A DNA stretch of 64,000 nt from the human T2T-CHM13v2.0 reference genome, Homo sapiens. Position numbers and translations under genes: made by a program. The stretch is taken from NCBI RefSeq assembly GCF_009914755.1, contig NC_060934.1; one strand, written 5' to 3'. The notes beneath the pieces are model-generated. The model saw nothing but the letters and a program-made list of their open reading frames with translations, was not told the origin of the DNA and did no database searches. Below are positions 1-15,024 of this stretch, in pieces. The stretch's first letter is position 1. Each line of letters begins with the position of its first letter.

Positions 1-3000
1 CTTCCTCTCTACTGATTTGGATGCCCTATATTTCTTTCTCTTTCTGATTGCTCTGGCTAGGACTTCCAGTGTTATGTTGAAGACGAGTGGTAAGAATGGG
101 GATCCTTGTCTTGTTCCCATTCTCAGAGGGAATGCTTTCAACTTTTCCTCATTCAGTATTACGTTGGCTGTGGGTTTGTCATAGATGGCTTTTATTACAT
201 TAAGATATGTCCCTTGTATGCTAATTTTTCTGAGAGTTTTAATCATAAAGTGATGCTGGATCTTGTCAAATGCTTTTCCTGCATCTATTGAGATGATCTT
301 GTGATTTTTGTTTTTAATTCTGATTATGTGGTGTATCACATTTATTGACTTGTGTATGTGAAACCATCCCTGCATCCCTAGTATGAAACCCATTTGATCA
401 TGGTGGATTATCTTTTTGATATGTTGTTGGACTCAGTTAGCTAGTATTTTGTTAAGGATTTTAGCATCTTTGTTCCTCAAGGATATAGGTCTGTAGTTTT
501 CTTTTTTGGTTATATCCTTTCCTGGTTTTGGTATTAGGGTGATGCTGGTTTTATAGAATGAATTAGGGACAGTTCCTTCTTTCTCTATCTTGTGGAATAG
601 TGTCAAAAAGGTTAGTACCAATTCTTCTTTAATGTCTGGTAGAATTCTGCTGTGAATCCATCTGGTCCTGGACTTTTTTTTTTTTTTGGTAATTTTAAAA
701 TTACAATTTCAATCTTGCTGCTTGTTATTGGTCTGTTCAGAGTATTTGATTCTTCCTGATTTAAGCTACAAGGGTTGTATTTTTCCAGGAATTTATTCAT
801 CTCTTCTAGGTTTTCTAGTTTATGTGTGTAAAGGTGTTCATAGTAGCCTTGAGTGATCTTTTGTATTTCAGTGGTGTCAGTTGTAATATCTCCTGTTTCA
901 TTTCTTAATGAGGTTATTTGAATTTTTTTCTTTTCTTTTCTTGGTTAATCTTGCTAATGGTCTATCAATTTTATTTATCTTTTCAAAGAACCAGCTTTTT
1001 GTTTCATTTATCTTTTGTGGGGTTTTTTGTTTGTTTGTTTCAATTTCATTTAGTTCTGCCCTGATCTTGGTTATTTCCTTTCTTCTCTTTGGTTTGGGTT
1101 TGGTTTGTTCTTGTTTCTCTAGTTCCTTGAGGTGTGACTTTAGAATGTCAGTTTGTGTTCTTTCAGTTTTTTTGATGTAAGCATTTAGGGCTATGAACTT
1201 TCCTTTTAGCACCGCCTTTGCTGTATACTAGAGGTTTTGATAGGTTGTGTCATTGTTGTTCAGTTCGAAGAATTTTTTAATTTCCCTCTTGATTTTGTTT
1301 TTGACTCAATGCTCATTCAGGAGCAGGTTATTTGATTTCCATGTATTTGCATGATTTTGAAGGTTTCTTTTGGAGTTGATTTCCAGTTTTATTCCTTCTG
1401 GTCTGAGAGAGTGCTTGGTATAATATAACTTCAATTTTCTTAAATTTATTGAAGCTCGTTTTATAGCCTATCATATGGTCTATCTTGGAGAAAGTTCCAT
1501 GCACTGTTGAATAGAATGTATATTCTGCGGTTGTTGGATGAAATGTTCTGTATATATCTGTTAAGTCCATTTGTTCCAAGGTATAGTTTAAATCCATTGT
1601 TTCTTTGTTGACTTTCTGCCTTGATGACCTGTCTAGTGCTGTCAGTGGAGTATTGAAGTCTCCCACTATAATTGTGTTGCTGTCTATCTCATTTCTTAGG
1701 TCTATTAGTAATTGCTTTATAAATCTGGGATCTCCAGTGTTAGGTGCACATATGTTTAGGATTGCGATATTTTCCTCTTGGACAAGGCCTTTTACCATTA
1801 TATAATGTCCCTCTTTGTCTCTTTTAAAGTTTGTTTTGTCTGATATAATAATAGCTACCCCTGCTTGCTTTTGGTGTCCATTTGCATGAAATGCCTTTTT
1901 CCACCCCTTTACTTTAAGTTTATGTGAGTCTTTATGTGTTAGATGAGTCCCCTGAATGCAGCAGATAGTTGATTGTTGAGTTCTTATCCATTCTGCAGTT
2001 CCGTATCTTTTAAGTGGAGCCTTTAGGACATTTACATTCAATGTTAGTATTGAGATGTGATATACGGTTGCATTCATCATGCTGTTTGTTGCCCGTGTAC
2101 TTTTGATTTTGTTTTTTTGTTTCTGCTTTTAATTTATATTTTTGTTTCATAGGTCCTGTGTGATTTATGCTTTAAAGATGTTCTGTTTTGATGTGGTTCC
2201 AGGATTCATTTCAAGATTTAGAGCTCCTTTTAGCAGTTCTTATAGTGGTGGCTTGGTAATGGTGAATTCTCTCAGCATTTGTTCATCTGAAAAAGACTGT
2301 ATCTTTCCTTCATATATGATGCTTAGTTTCGCTGGATACAAAATTCTTGGCTGATAATTGTTTTGTTTGAGGAGGCTGAAGATAGGGTCCCAATTCCTTC
2401 TAGCTTGTAAGGTTTCTGCTGAGAAATCTGCTGTTAATCTGTATGCTTTCCCTTTTAGGTTACCTGGTGCTTCTGTCTCACAGCTCTTAAGATTCTTTTC
2501 TTCATCTTAATTTTGGATAACCTGATGAGATGAGAGTGTGCCTAGATGAAGACCTTATTGTGATGAATTTCCCGGGTATTCTTTGTGCTTCTTGTATTTG
2601 GATGTCTAGGTCTCTAGCAAGGACAGGGAAATTTTCCTTGATTATCCCCACAAATATGTTTTCCAAGCCTTAAGAATTCTCTTCTTCCTCAGGGACAGAG
2701 ATTATTCTTAGATTTGGTTGTTTAACATAATCCCACATTTCTTGGAGGCTTTGTTCATATTTTCTTATTCTTTTTTCTTTGTCTTTGTTGGATTAGGTTA
2801 ATTTGAAGACCTTGTCTTCGAGCTCTGAATTTCTTTCTTCTACTTGTTCAATTATTTTGCTGAGACTTTCCACAGCATTTCACATCTCTAAAAGTGTATC
2901 CAAAGTTTCCTGAATTTTTTATTGCTTTTTCTTTAAGCTATCTATTTCCTTGAATATTTCTCCCTTCACTTCTTGTATCATTTTTCAGATTTCCTTGTAT

Positions 3001-4630
3001 TGAGCTTCACCTTTCTCTGTTCCCTCCCTGATTAGCTTAATAACTAACCTCTTGAATTCTTTCTCAGGTAAATCTGGGTTTTTTTTTTTTTCAGTTCAGA
3101 TCCATTGCTGGTGAACTAGTGTAATTTTTTTGGGGGGGGGCGGGGCGGGGGTGGGTGTTGAAGAGCCTTGTTTTGTCATATTACCAGGGTTGGTTTTCTG
3201 GTTCCTTTTTATTTGGGTAGGCTCTATCAGAGGGAAAGTCTAGGGCTGAAGGCTGTTATTCAGATTCTTTTGTCCCACAGGGTGTTCCCTTGATGTAGTA
3301 CTCTCCCTCTTTTCCTATGGATGTGGCTTCCTGTGAGCTGAACTGCAGTGATTGTTTTCTCTCTTCTGGGTCAAGCCACCCAGCGAGTCTGCCCAGCTCT
3401 GGGCTGCTGCTGGGGGTTGTCCACACAGAGTCCTGTGATGTAAACCATCTATGGGTCTCTCAGCCATGGATACCAGCACGTGTTCTGGTGGAGGTAGTAG
3501 GGGGAGTGCAGTGGACTCCATGAAGTTTCTTAGCTTTGGTGGTTTAATGCTCTATTTTTGTGCTGGTTGGCCTCCTGCCAGGAGGTGGCACTTTCCAGAA
3601 AGTATCAGCTGTGGTAGTATGGGGTGGAACCGGCAGTGGGTGGGGCCCTAGAATTCCCAAGATTATATGCCCTTCCCCCCCCCCCCCGCTACCAGGGTGG
3701 GTAGGGAAGGACCGTCAGGCGGGGGCAGGGCCAGGTGTGTCTGAGTTCAGACTCTCCTTGGGCGGGTCTTGCTGTGGCTGCTGTGTGGGATGGGGGTGAG
3801 ATTCCCAGGTCACTGGAGTTGTGTACCTAGGAGGATTATTGCTGCTTCTGCTGAGTCATGCAGGTTGTCAGGGAAATGGGGGAAAGCTGGCAGTCAAAGG
3901 CCTCACCCAGCTCCCATGCAAACTGAAGGGCGGGTCTCACTCCCACCATGCCCCCGCAACAACTCCGAGTCCATTTCCAGGTAGAGGGTGAAAATGGGCT
4001 TGAAAACCTGCCGCAGGCTATCCTCCTCCCAGCTGCAAAAGAAAAGTGCTTGGCTCTTCCCTGCCTGTGGGGTCTGCACACCAGATTGGCACCCTCCCCC
4101 GAGTTGGGGCCAGACTTCTCGCCCCATTCAAATTGTTACAAAGTTCAGCTAAAGATTTCCTTCTTCCTGTGCAGTTTTACCTCCTGCTCCTCTGACCACC
4201 CTACCATTGGATCCCTGTGGTGCCAGGCAGGAGTGGCCTGCTAGGGGACCCAGGAAGCTCCCAGGGCTTTTCTGCTGCTTCCTCTACCCCTATATTGTGC
4301 TTGGCTCTCCAAATGGATTCAGTTCCGTGTAAAGCCAGAAACTTCTCCCACAAACAGACCTTCACCTTCTCAGCTTCTCCAGTGGGGATGTGTGTTCGGG
4401 AGAGGAGGGTCTTCCTTTCCCACTTCTGCAGTTGGGACACTCACAGTATTTGGAGGGTCTCCCGGGTCCTGCAGGAGCAATCCGCTTTCTTTAGAGGATC
4501 TATGGGTCCTCTTGAGATTGCTGGTTTGTTCTTGCAGTTGATCTGGAGCTAAAATTCACAATGCAAGCCTCTGCACGCTGCTCTTTCTGGAGCTGCAATC
4601 TAGTCCTGTCTCCCATCTGCCATGATGATT
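1..4630 (-). mobile_element. LINE-1, older primate (L1PB/L1PREC2-like): 5'UTR, ORF1 and 5' part of ORF2, decayed; continues left of the window
   Basis: Minus-strand ORF2 fragments (1328-2080 endonuclease, 898-1212, 433-800). GC-rich 5'UTR about 3150-4630 whose start reads CATCATGGCAGATGGGAGACAGGACTAGATTGCAGCTC on the minus strand. Confidence 0.9.
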
Positions 4631-5060
4631 GACCCTTCCTGGGATTGTTTTTTTCTGTTTCTGTGAAGAATGCCTTGGGATTTTGATAAGGATTGCATTG
4701 ATTCTGTATATTTGAGTAGTATGGATATTTTAACAACATTAATTCTTCCGATCCCTGAGATAAATTTTCATTTATTTGTGTCTTCCTCAACTTCTTTCAT
4801 CACTGTTTTATAGTTTTCAGTGTACAGATCTGTCACCTCCTTGGTTAAATTTATTCCTAATGTTTTGTTTTTATGCTTTTGTTAATGGGATTGCTTTCTT
4901 GATTTCTTTTTCAGTTAGGTTGTTATTTATTTATAAAAATGTTATTTACTTTTATATGTTGATTTTGTATCCTAAGATTTTATTGAGTTATTACTTCTAA
5001 CAGTTATTTTTTTGGGATATTTGGGGCTTTTTACAGGTAGGATCATGTTATCTGCAAATG

Positions 5061-5965
5061 CAGTAGTCTCCACTTACCCCACAGGGGATATGATCCAAGA
5101 TACACTTGTGGTTGCCAGAAACTGCAGATAATTTCAAACCCTATATATACTATTTTTTCCTAAACATCCCTATGATAAAGTTTAAATTATAAATTAGGCA
5201 CAATAAGAGATTAACAATAACTAAAAATAAAATATAACACTATACTGTAATAAAGGTTATATGAATATGGTCTCTTTCTCTCTCTCTCTTTTTCTCTCTC
5301 TCTCTCTCTCAGAATACCTTAGTTTCACTTGTTTCAGGGGATCCCTTGCTGACTTCTTTGTATAGGCTCAATGCTTTCTGGTGCAACCACTGACACCAAT
5401 CAGAAAACATTTTCTGTTCATGTCTTCCACCCACAAATTTAATGCCTTTTAATCTTAACTGAGTACTGATCATGCACTGTGACTATGACTTTTGGAATAT
5501 GATATGTGACAGTAAAACTAGCACAAGTTTCTTTTTCCTTCTTCACAATTTCACAGATAGTAGACCGCAGCATACAATTTTTTTTCTTCCCTTATGAAGT
5601 CAAGAACTTTCATCTTTTCACTTCAAGCAGGCAAATATGGTTTCTCTTTGTTGTATTCGAATTGTCAGCATGACTACTCTTGTGCTTTGGGGCCATTAAG
5701 TAAAATAAAGATTATTTGACTGCAAGAACTGTGATACTGTGACAAACTGAGAGGGCTACTAAGTTGGGTAACAGGTGGGTAGCATATACAACATGGATAC
5801 ATTGGGCAAAGGAAGGATTCACTTTCCAGGTGGGACAGAGTGGCGTGGCACAGATTTAATCACACTACTCAGAGTGGCATGCAATTTAAAACTTAGAAAT
5901 TATTTATTTCTGGAATTTTTCATTTAATAGTTTTAGACCATGGTTGACTGTAGGTAACTGGCTCT
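5061..5965 (-). mobile_element. MER44/Tigger7-family DNA transposon derivative
   Basis: Starts CAGTAGTCTCCACTTACCCACAGGGGATATG (Tigger7/MER44 TIR-like). Its two ends are homologous, in reverse orientation, to the element at 31815-32164. Confidence 0.8.
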
Positions 5966-7020
5966 ATGGTAGAGATAATTTTACTTCTTCCTTTCTGATT
6001 TGGGTGCCTTTTATTTCTTTATCTTGTCTGGTTGCTCTTATTAGTACTTCCAGTACTATGTTGAATGGAAGTGAAGAGAGTGCGCATTTTTTGCATTGTA
6101 ACAGATACTATTGGAAAAGCTTTTAGTTTCTCCTCATTGATTATAATGTTAGCTGTGAATTTTTCATAAATTGCCTATATTATGCTGAGGAACTTTCTTT
6201 CTATACCTAAACTGTTGAGAGTCCACATCAAGAAAAGATGTTGTGGTATGTTAAATGGTCTTCTATAACTCATATATATGATGTAGATTATTCTGTGGTT
6301 GAAAAATATTAAAAAATGTGTCTTCTCAAGGTAAAGAAACTTATTACCACTTTGCTTAATATTGCTTTTCTATTGCCTAAGAAAAATTTATATAATTGTA
6401 GGTAGCTCCTGTATTCTTTGGGAATGAAAATGGTGATGCCAAAGAATATTTCATTCCTTCCAAAATGTCCTTTTTCTTCCTGCAGAATACTGCTACTTAA
6501 TGGAAATCACAGCAAGACCAGCAATTTCTAGATAGTTCGTAAGAATCTGGGACATTCTGTCAATAGAAAGATAATAGCTATAGAAAGGCCTCTTATGAGT
6601 TATACCTTAGTAAATGCTTTTCTTTTTGTAATCTCATAGGAAAAATTGAATACAGCTTCCACTTTTAAAATTAAAAAAAGAAGAGGTGTTGGACTTTGTC
6701 AGATACTTTTTCTGCATCAGTTGAGATGATTATGTGGTTTTAATCTTTGATTCTGTTAATATGTTGAATCATATTGTTTGATTTGCATATGTTAAGCTAG
6801 ACTTGCATGCCAGGGATAGATTTTGCTTGGACATGATGTATAATCTTTTTAATATGTTATTGGATTTGGTTTGCTAATATTTTATTGAGGATTTTTGCAT
6901 CAGTGTTCATCAGAGAAATTGGCCTGTGGTTTTCTTTTCTTGTGATGCCTTTATCTGGGTTAGGTAGTAACGTAATGCTGGCTTCATAAATGTAGTTGAA
7001 GGTATTCCCTCTAGCTCTAT

Positions 7021-7360
<340 letters not shown>

Positions 7361-8586
7361 TAAGAAGTATTGGTATTGATTTTCTTCAAATGTTTGGTGG
7401 AATTCAGCTGTGAAGCCACCTTATCCTAGGCTTTTCTTTGTTGGGAGGTTTTGATTACTTCTTCAATTTCTTTATTTGTTTTTGGTCTGTTCAGGCTTTC
7501 TAATTCTTTCTGACTCAATTTTGGTAGGTTGTATTTTTCTAAGAATTTATCTACTTCCAGGCTACCCAAATTGCTTGTAGATAATTGTTCATAATAGTCC
7601 CTATGATCCTTTTTATTTCTGATACACCTGTTGTAATTTCTCTACTTTCATTTTTTATTTTACTTATCTTAGTCATCTCTCTTATTTTCTTAGACTAGTT
7701 AAGGGTTTGTCAATCTTATTTTTTTCAAAAATGAAACTCATTTTATTGATTCTTTTTATAGTTTTTCCTTTCTCTATTTGATTTATTTTTGCTCAGATTT
7801 TGATTTTTTTTCCTTTCTTCTGCTAATTTTGGCTTTAGCTTTTTCTTTATTTTTTAGTTCCTTGAGGCATTATGTTAGACTATTTATTTTGGAGCTTTCT
7901 TCTTTTTTAATGTAGGAATTTATTGCTACAAACTTCTGTCTTAGAATTGCCTTTGCTGCATTCCATAGGCTTGGTATGTTGTGTTTTCCTTGCTGTTTGT
8001 CTCAAGGTATTTTTTTACTTTCCCTTTTACTTTCTTCTTTGACCAATTGGTTGTTCAGGAGTACCTTGTTTAATTTCCACATATTTGATCATCTGTGATG
8101 CTCCTGCTTAGGTGTGCCAGAGGCTTGGAGGCTCAGGGTGCAAGGTGCCACCTCACCTGAGATGTGTGGTGGCAGCAACTACTTCAGTGTTCAGGAGGCC
8201 TGTGGCCCTCTGAGAGCAGAGTGCTGCCTCAGCTCTGGTGGAAGGGAGCTCCCTCAGCCAGGCTCAGAGCCTGTGCAGACTGCAGGGGTCTCCAGTCGCA
8301 ATGACTGCAAGTGTCCACAGTAGTGAGAGAGGTTGCTGGGGTATCTTGCTTACCTTTTCCTTGCAGGGAGCTGTCCTTCCTTCCTGCTTGTGAGCTGATC
8401 CCCACTTGGGGCATGAGGTGGTAAAGGTAAGGTGTTTCTTTTCCTTCTCTATGTGGCCTTTCTGGGTTTCCGTGCTCTACAGGATTTCTTCTGGCTGCTT
8501 TTTTGCTGTTCTCCAGTGTGCTCCTTTAGTTATTTTGGTTTAAATGTACTTGTTTACTCATTTGCAGGTAGGGGGAGGCTTGAAGG

Positions 8587-8952
8587 TGTATTAGCCCATT
8601 CTCACACTGCTATAAAGAACTACCTGAGACTGGGTAATTTATAAAGAAAAGAAGTGTAATTGACTCACAGCTCCACATGGCTGGGAAGGCCTCAAAAAAA
8701 CTTACAATCGTGGGCAGAAGGTGAAGGGCAAGCAAGCACAGCAAAGCAGGAGAGAGAGAAAGAGGCAGCAAAGGGGGAAATGCCACTGTTAAACCATCAG
8801 GTCTCATGAGAACTCAGTCATTATCACAAGAACAGTGAGGGGGAAATCCGCCCCCATGATTTAATCACCTCTCACCAGGCCCCCTCCCCTGACACGTGGG
8901 GATTACAATTTGACATGAGATTTGGGTGGGGACACAGAGCCAAACCATATCA
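8587..8952. mobile_element. MaLR solo LTR (MSTA/THE1-like)
   Basis: TGTATTAGCCCATTCTCACACTGCTATAAAG...CAAACCATATCA termini; imperfect 5-bp TSD gaagg/gaggg. Confidence 0.85.
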
Positions 8953-10737
8953 GAGGGAGAGCACTAGGAGCTTCTGGCCAACCATCTTGATGTCACTCCT
9001 AATTCAAAATGATGAGTAGGAAGAATTCCATGTTGCTGTTAAAAAATAATTGACTGGTTTTAGTATCTTCTATCAGATGTGTTGACCTAGTGGCTTAATA
9101 TAACCTCTCCTTACCAGATTTGTGACCCTCTCGGGAGTGGAAGAGCCAGGAGAGACCTAAAAAAAAAAGGTGGTGCTACCCCAGGTGTCTGATCTCAGCC
9201 TTTTCTTCCCCCTTGCCCATCAACCACCCTCTCCTTACTTCTAGAAGTATCATTCTAAAAGGTTTTAACAACAGTGAGATAAGATTTAATGTGGGGCACG
9301 GGGGCAGTGAGGCACAGCATATTATCCTGGTGTAGAGGAGCTGAACACTTGAATGAATTTTCTCACGGGTCTTTGCTATTCTGTCCTGATCTGCAGGCTG
9401 ATAGAGTTTCTCATCAATGATAAATTAATTGTGTGTGAATGTGGTTCTGTAGATGTCAGCAAACTTCTTAATCTAATCTCTTTGTCTTGTTTTAGATTAA
9501 TGTTAATTGGGGATAGGTATATATATATATTTTCAGATTCCTACCCTTATCACATCTTATCTTGTTTTTACTTATGTCCTTGATAAGGATTTACCAGATG
9601 CAAAAACGAGGTGTTTGGTAGATAGAACTTACCTTTGAAATATGCAGTCTTCCAAATCTTACTTAACAGGTCACTGCTATTCAATATATGCCAATGAAGA
9701 TGTTATCTCACCTTTTTCATGGGTGCAAGGCCAGCCCAAAGCATTTTAAAGAGCCAAGTTCATCCCCCAAATTACTACACTCTTCTTCCAAACCTTATTG
9801 CCTCTTTTATAAGATACCCAAAGTTCTTACACAGCCTCAAAACTTCATTGTGAATGCCCCCTCCAACCCACTCAAATTCTAATGTAGTCTATGTTCCAGA
9901 AATAGCCACCACTGCTCTCCCTCAACATAGAAACTTTGCAGTAACTCTAACATAGTTGATCTCGGTAAAGTATTAAGGTAGGTATTACACTGAAAATCTA
10001 CTTAAGCTAACTTCTGCCAAGTTGTGAATAACTAATACCTCCCTAAACCTCTGGGGGCAGAGGTTGGAATGCCTTTGTAAAAGTGATTGGTTATTAACCC
10101 AAATAAATTTCTACTCAGTAGAATTTCAACTAAAGTGGTAAAGAAGAAAAATGGAACATACTTCTTTGAGGAGAGGAGCATAAGAGGTGGGGAAGGAATA
10201 GAGGTAGAGCCATGTAAGCCTGCTAACCTTGACCTGGTTTCCACTCCTCCCATTCATACTTCTGAGCTGTTCTCAGTTTTCACAATTATTCCCTTCTCTC
10301 TGCTTCTGAATTAATGAGTTATCTTTCCTCTCTTAGTTTCAGGGTTAGCAGCTTCTGTGGAAGCCAGTAAAGTGGTTCTGGCTTTGGGGACTATTTGGAT
10401 GGGGGCCCACGCAGGTGGAGGAGGAATAACAGAATGACAGGTGTACTTCAATGTGCGTAGGCTGCTTATAAATTATGTTTGTAAGTCAGGCACTGAACAG
10501 AACTGCGCTTGAATAGAAAAGTATAGAATATCTCCTTGTCCCTTTTTAAGAAAACAAGTGAGTGAATCCACATATGGGAGGGGGAAAATAGACCAGGATG
10601 TAACATCTGCCAATATATCAGGAACATGCTTTTGTATGTTTATATCTACATAAATTGCTTACCAAAGAAGAGACATTTCATTATATACCAAATTAATTTT
10701 TTATGTTTTTAAAAATATCTTAATATTTTCTATTTAG

Positions 10738-10941
<204 letters not shown>

Positions 10942-11854
10942 TAAGTTTATTTCAAATCTCTCCTATTTTGGAGGAAGCAGAAGCAAACATAATACTTTAA
11001 TAGTAAAATGTCTTTCTCATTCAATAAAATTTTATTTATCACTTACTATATGCAAAGCACTTACTATTGAGAATGAAGAGATCCATCAGCACTGTCTTAT
11101 TCTCAAATATATGTTACATCCAATAGAGGAATTAATGTATAACCTAAAATTTATGCTGCCAGATAGAAAACCTAAGCCCATCATAGAGGTACTAACAGCG
11201 TAAATTAGAGACCATTCTGACATAGCAGAGAATATATTTATCTATACAAAATTAATGTGAAATTTAATTAGAAGTAACTGAGTCCTTTTCTGTTTTAAAT
11301 GCTAGCATATATAAATAGATCTTTGTATTCTATTCTTCCTATGTTTATATACAAGGGACCAAATAAAAGATTCAGGAAGGAGCTTTATCATATTGACCTT
11401 TTATTGCTGGCTGATTTAAGCCATCAATACTCTTCATAATGCTTTGATATTAAGTTGAATGAATTCCTTTTGCGGGTTTGTAGCTTAATGACAAAGTTTC
11501 TCTCCTGTCTCACAAAACATCTTTGTTATTCTAAAGAGGAAACTATCGTTACACATTGGATTTGTACCCTGGTGGTTACATTATTTTGCTTAAAAGCATG
11601 GCAAGTTAGAATCTTTCATTTTTCTTATGTTGGTTTTATGCTAAACATACTCTACATTATTGTAGTAGTATGTCATGTTAATTCACAGTAACATAATAAG
11701 CTCTTGTTTTATATTAGTACATTATTATTTAATGTAAGTGCCTTCAAGCTTGGTGTCATTCAATTCATGAGTAAGTCATGAATAGAAGTTGCCTGGAGTC
11801 CAGCTCCTAATATGGAAAATTACTCTTTGGTCTTCAATTAAAAATATGGAAGGA

Positions 11855-12148
11855 GGCCGGGCACAGTGGCTCACACCTGTAATCCCAGCACTTTGGGAGG
11901 CCAAGGCGGGTGGATCACGCGGTCAGGAGATTGAGACCATCCTGGCTAACATGGTGAAACCCCATCTCTACTAAAAATACAAAAAATTAGCCGGGCGTGG
12001 TGGTGGGTGCTTGTAGCCCCAGCTACTCGGGAGGCTGAGGGAGGAGAATGGCGTGAACCCAGGAGGCGGAGCTGGCAGTGAACCGAGATCATGCCACTTC
12101 ACTCCAGCTGGGGTGACAGAGCGAGACTCCATCTCAAAAAAAAAAAAA
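11855..12148 (+). mobile_element. AluY/Sc
   Basis: Full Alu dimer with A-tail; GAGAATGGCGTGAACCC diagnostic. Confidence 0.93.
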
Positions 12149-12234
12149 TGGAAAGAATGATTATTAAACACATATGGCTTTCAACTGTGGTACCACACCG
12201 TTTTAATCCACTTTGGGTAAGATATTTAAACCTT

Positions 12235-12430
12235 AAAGATTCTTACAGGATCTTGGCTCTGTAATTCATTGTATGTATGATTTGAAACAGTTTACTTAAC
12301 CTCTCTGCACCTCTGTTTTTCATCTTTAAAATGAAATAGCATTAGTACCTACCTATCAATTAAGACAAGGTACCTACAGTATATAGCACAATGAATGGCA
12401 TATATTAAGAACCCCATAAGTTTAAGCCAT
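12235..12430. mobile_element. MIR fragment
   Basis: MIR core-like TTACTTAACCTCTCTGCACCTCTGTTTTCATCTTTAAAATG. Confidence 0.6.
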
Positions 12431-13261
12431 TAGTAGTAATAGTAGTGTTAATAGTTGATTAGAAATAACATATAGCACAGTACCTGGGATATTGAAGATG
12501 TTCAGTAAATGGCAGATACTATTTATTGATGTCTGTCCAGTGCCCAAAACTCAGTGGACATGTGTGTCAGTGCCGTTGCCACCCATAACTAGAAGGACCG
12601 CGGGATCTTAGCAGATGTGGAAACTTAGCTAGTTCTCAAAACCATTTGTTCTGCTTTCATAATTGTGTAAGCTTCTCCTTCAGGCCCTTCAGGAAGAACT
12701 ACTTAAGAGTAACTAATTGGTAGATGGCACCACCATGTTGCACAATGTCAAGGGATATAATTCACGGTGTATTCTATGGAGTTGAGTGCAGGAACTCAGT
12801 TCATATAGAAGAGCACATGAACAGAACACTCTGGAGTTACACAATGAGGCCCTGAGCTTGTAACCATAGAAATAATATCATTAATGCTTACTGAAATATC
12901 GTAGGATGCATTCTAAGAAATAGCATAGTCAGGATTATATTTAAGGCATGCTGTGAATTAAGTAGTTTTTTTCCCCCTAAGGAACTATTCTAATTTTACA
13001 AGTTTGCTTATTGGGGAAAAGCATTCCAAATTCCAAATTCACAATCAAGTGGAAATATAACTCAGTTATAATTTGAGCACAGCTGTCTTTAATTTATAAC
13101 ACTTTTTCCATTTTTATATCTGTTTTTTCTTTCACCTAATTTAATTGCATTTTTAAGTTCCAGAGGAGCTTTGAGTGACCTATGAATATGAAAATATCAG
13201 ACATGTGATTGATGGAAGAATTCTTAATAGGTACATTTACAAATTATAAATTTAATTGCAC

Positions 13262-13720
13262 TGTTATCAATCAGGGTACTGAACAGAAAGAACAAGCTCA
13301 AGGGTTTTAACTGAGAAAACTGTTTACAGAGATCACATGGGCATTGAAGAGCCAAGAATGAATGGTGAGAAGCCCATGGACTAACAGGGGTGAGGAGCCA
13401 TGGCTGCCTTCCTGTCTGCAGGTGGAGGGAGGGGCAGCACTAGTGCCTGGTGCCAGCTGCAGCTGTGGATCAGGGGCTGCCTGTCTGGAGCTATGGCCCT
13501 AATGGGACACAGCCAGTCAGGGAGAGAGCAAGGGGTTAACATCCCAGCCTCTCTCTCCTTCATTCGCCTGTTTCCTGCCTGTGCTTCCTATTGGCTGAAC
13601 CCATATGGAAGCCAGAGAGCAAGGGAGCCCAAGAATTGCAGGCTGTAGGGATTGGCCCTTGGGGTCCCAGAGCAAGACAAAGAAGAGTGTAGAATGATTT
13701 GAGGAGCAGGGAAGAATTAG
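13262..13720. mobile_element. Old ERVL/MaLR-type LTR fragment
   Basis: Contains CCTATTGGCTGAACCCATATGGAAGCCAGAGAGCAAGGGAGCC, typical of old ERVL/MLT LTRs; subfamily uncertain. Confidence 0.5.
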
Positions 13721-14720
13721 AGCAGATGAGTATCTTTTTTTAATGAACTCACCCTTTCTTTTAAGACATTTTGTTCTTTTCTTCGGTTTTTGCCTCTGGC
13801 GATGTCATCCCAGCTCAATCTCTGACCACATTTATTTTTAGATTACCTTTCTAATGATGATAGTACTATCTTATAACTTGTGACTTAAATCCTTTTCTAA
13901 ACATAGATAGTTTTCAAGGAGAAAATTTTAAAAGAGGCTACTTAATTTCAAGAATAAGATGAACCTATTGAAGGCAATGCTAGATAATTCTCATAAATAC
14001 AAATTATAGCTATTTCCATTGCAGTTTCCTCCTGTTACTACAGTTTAGTTCAGCAAGCATTGATTGCATTTCTCTGATGTCCCCAGCACTTAACAGGACT
14101 CTATAGGAGACATAAATAAGTGGCTGACATGGTCCTCTCCATTGTGGAGAAAGGGAAATGTATTTATGGAGCAATTACTCTATGTCAGGCACTGCACTAA
14201 GCACCTTACAGCCATTATCTCTTTTAATTCTTCCAGTCATGTGACAGGGTGTCATTTTCTCTTTTAAAAGTGAGAAACTAAGAGAATTTTAATAAGTTGC
14301 TTAATGTCAAAAAGCTGGCAATGACTGAGTTGGAGTTTGAAGCCTCATCCTTCTGTCTGACTCCCAAGCCCACCATTCATGCATCCATCCAGCCATCCGT
14401 CTATTTGACACATATTTATTGAGTGCCTACTGTGTGCTAGGCACAGGAGACATAAAGCCAAGTAAGGCAGGATTCCTGTGGTAACACAGCTCACAGTATG
14501 ATATAAAACGTGCTGATCACTCATTGGTTTCTAGTCTCTCATGAAAGTAGGAAATGAGTTCATCTGCTAAGATTGAGCAGGTAGGTGGCAAGAGGAGGGG
14601 ACTGAGGAGACTGCATATCCAGGAGGAGAGAGTTTACAAGGAGGGAGCTGTGATTAAAAAGGAAAAACTGAAAGTGTTGTTTTACGAATACCCTGTAGTG
14701 CCTTAAGAATGCAAAGCTTC

Positions 14721-15024
<304 letters not shown>

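Noticed and set aside
1328-2080. 250-aa endonuclease-like ORF
   Set aside because: Decayed L1 ORF2 APE domain with a frameshifted C-terminus.
12715-12735. CTCF-like GGTAGATGGCACC
   Set aside because: The 5' half of the motif is missing and it probably lies in a decayed DNA-transposon fragment.
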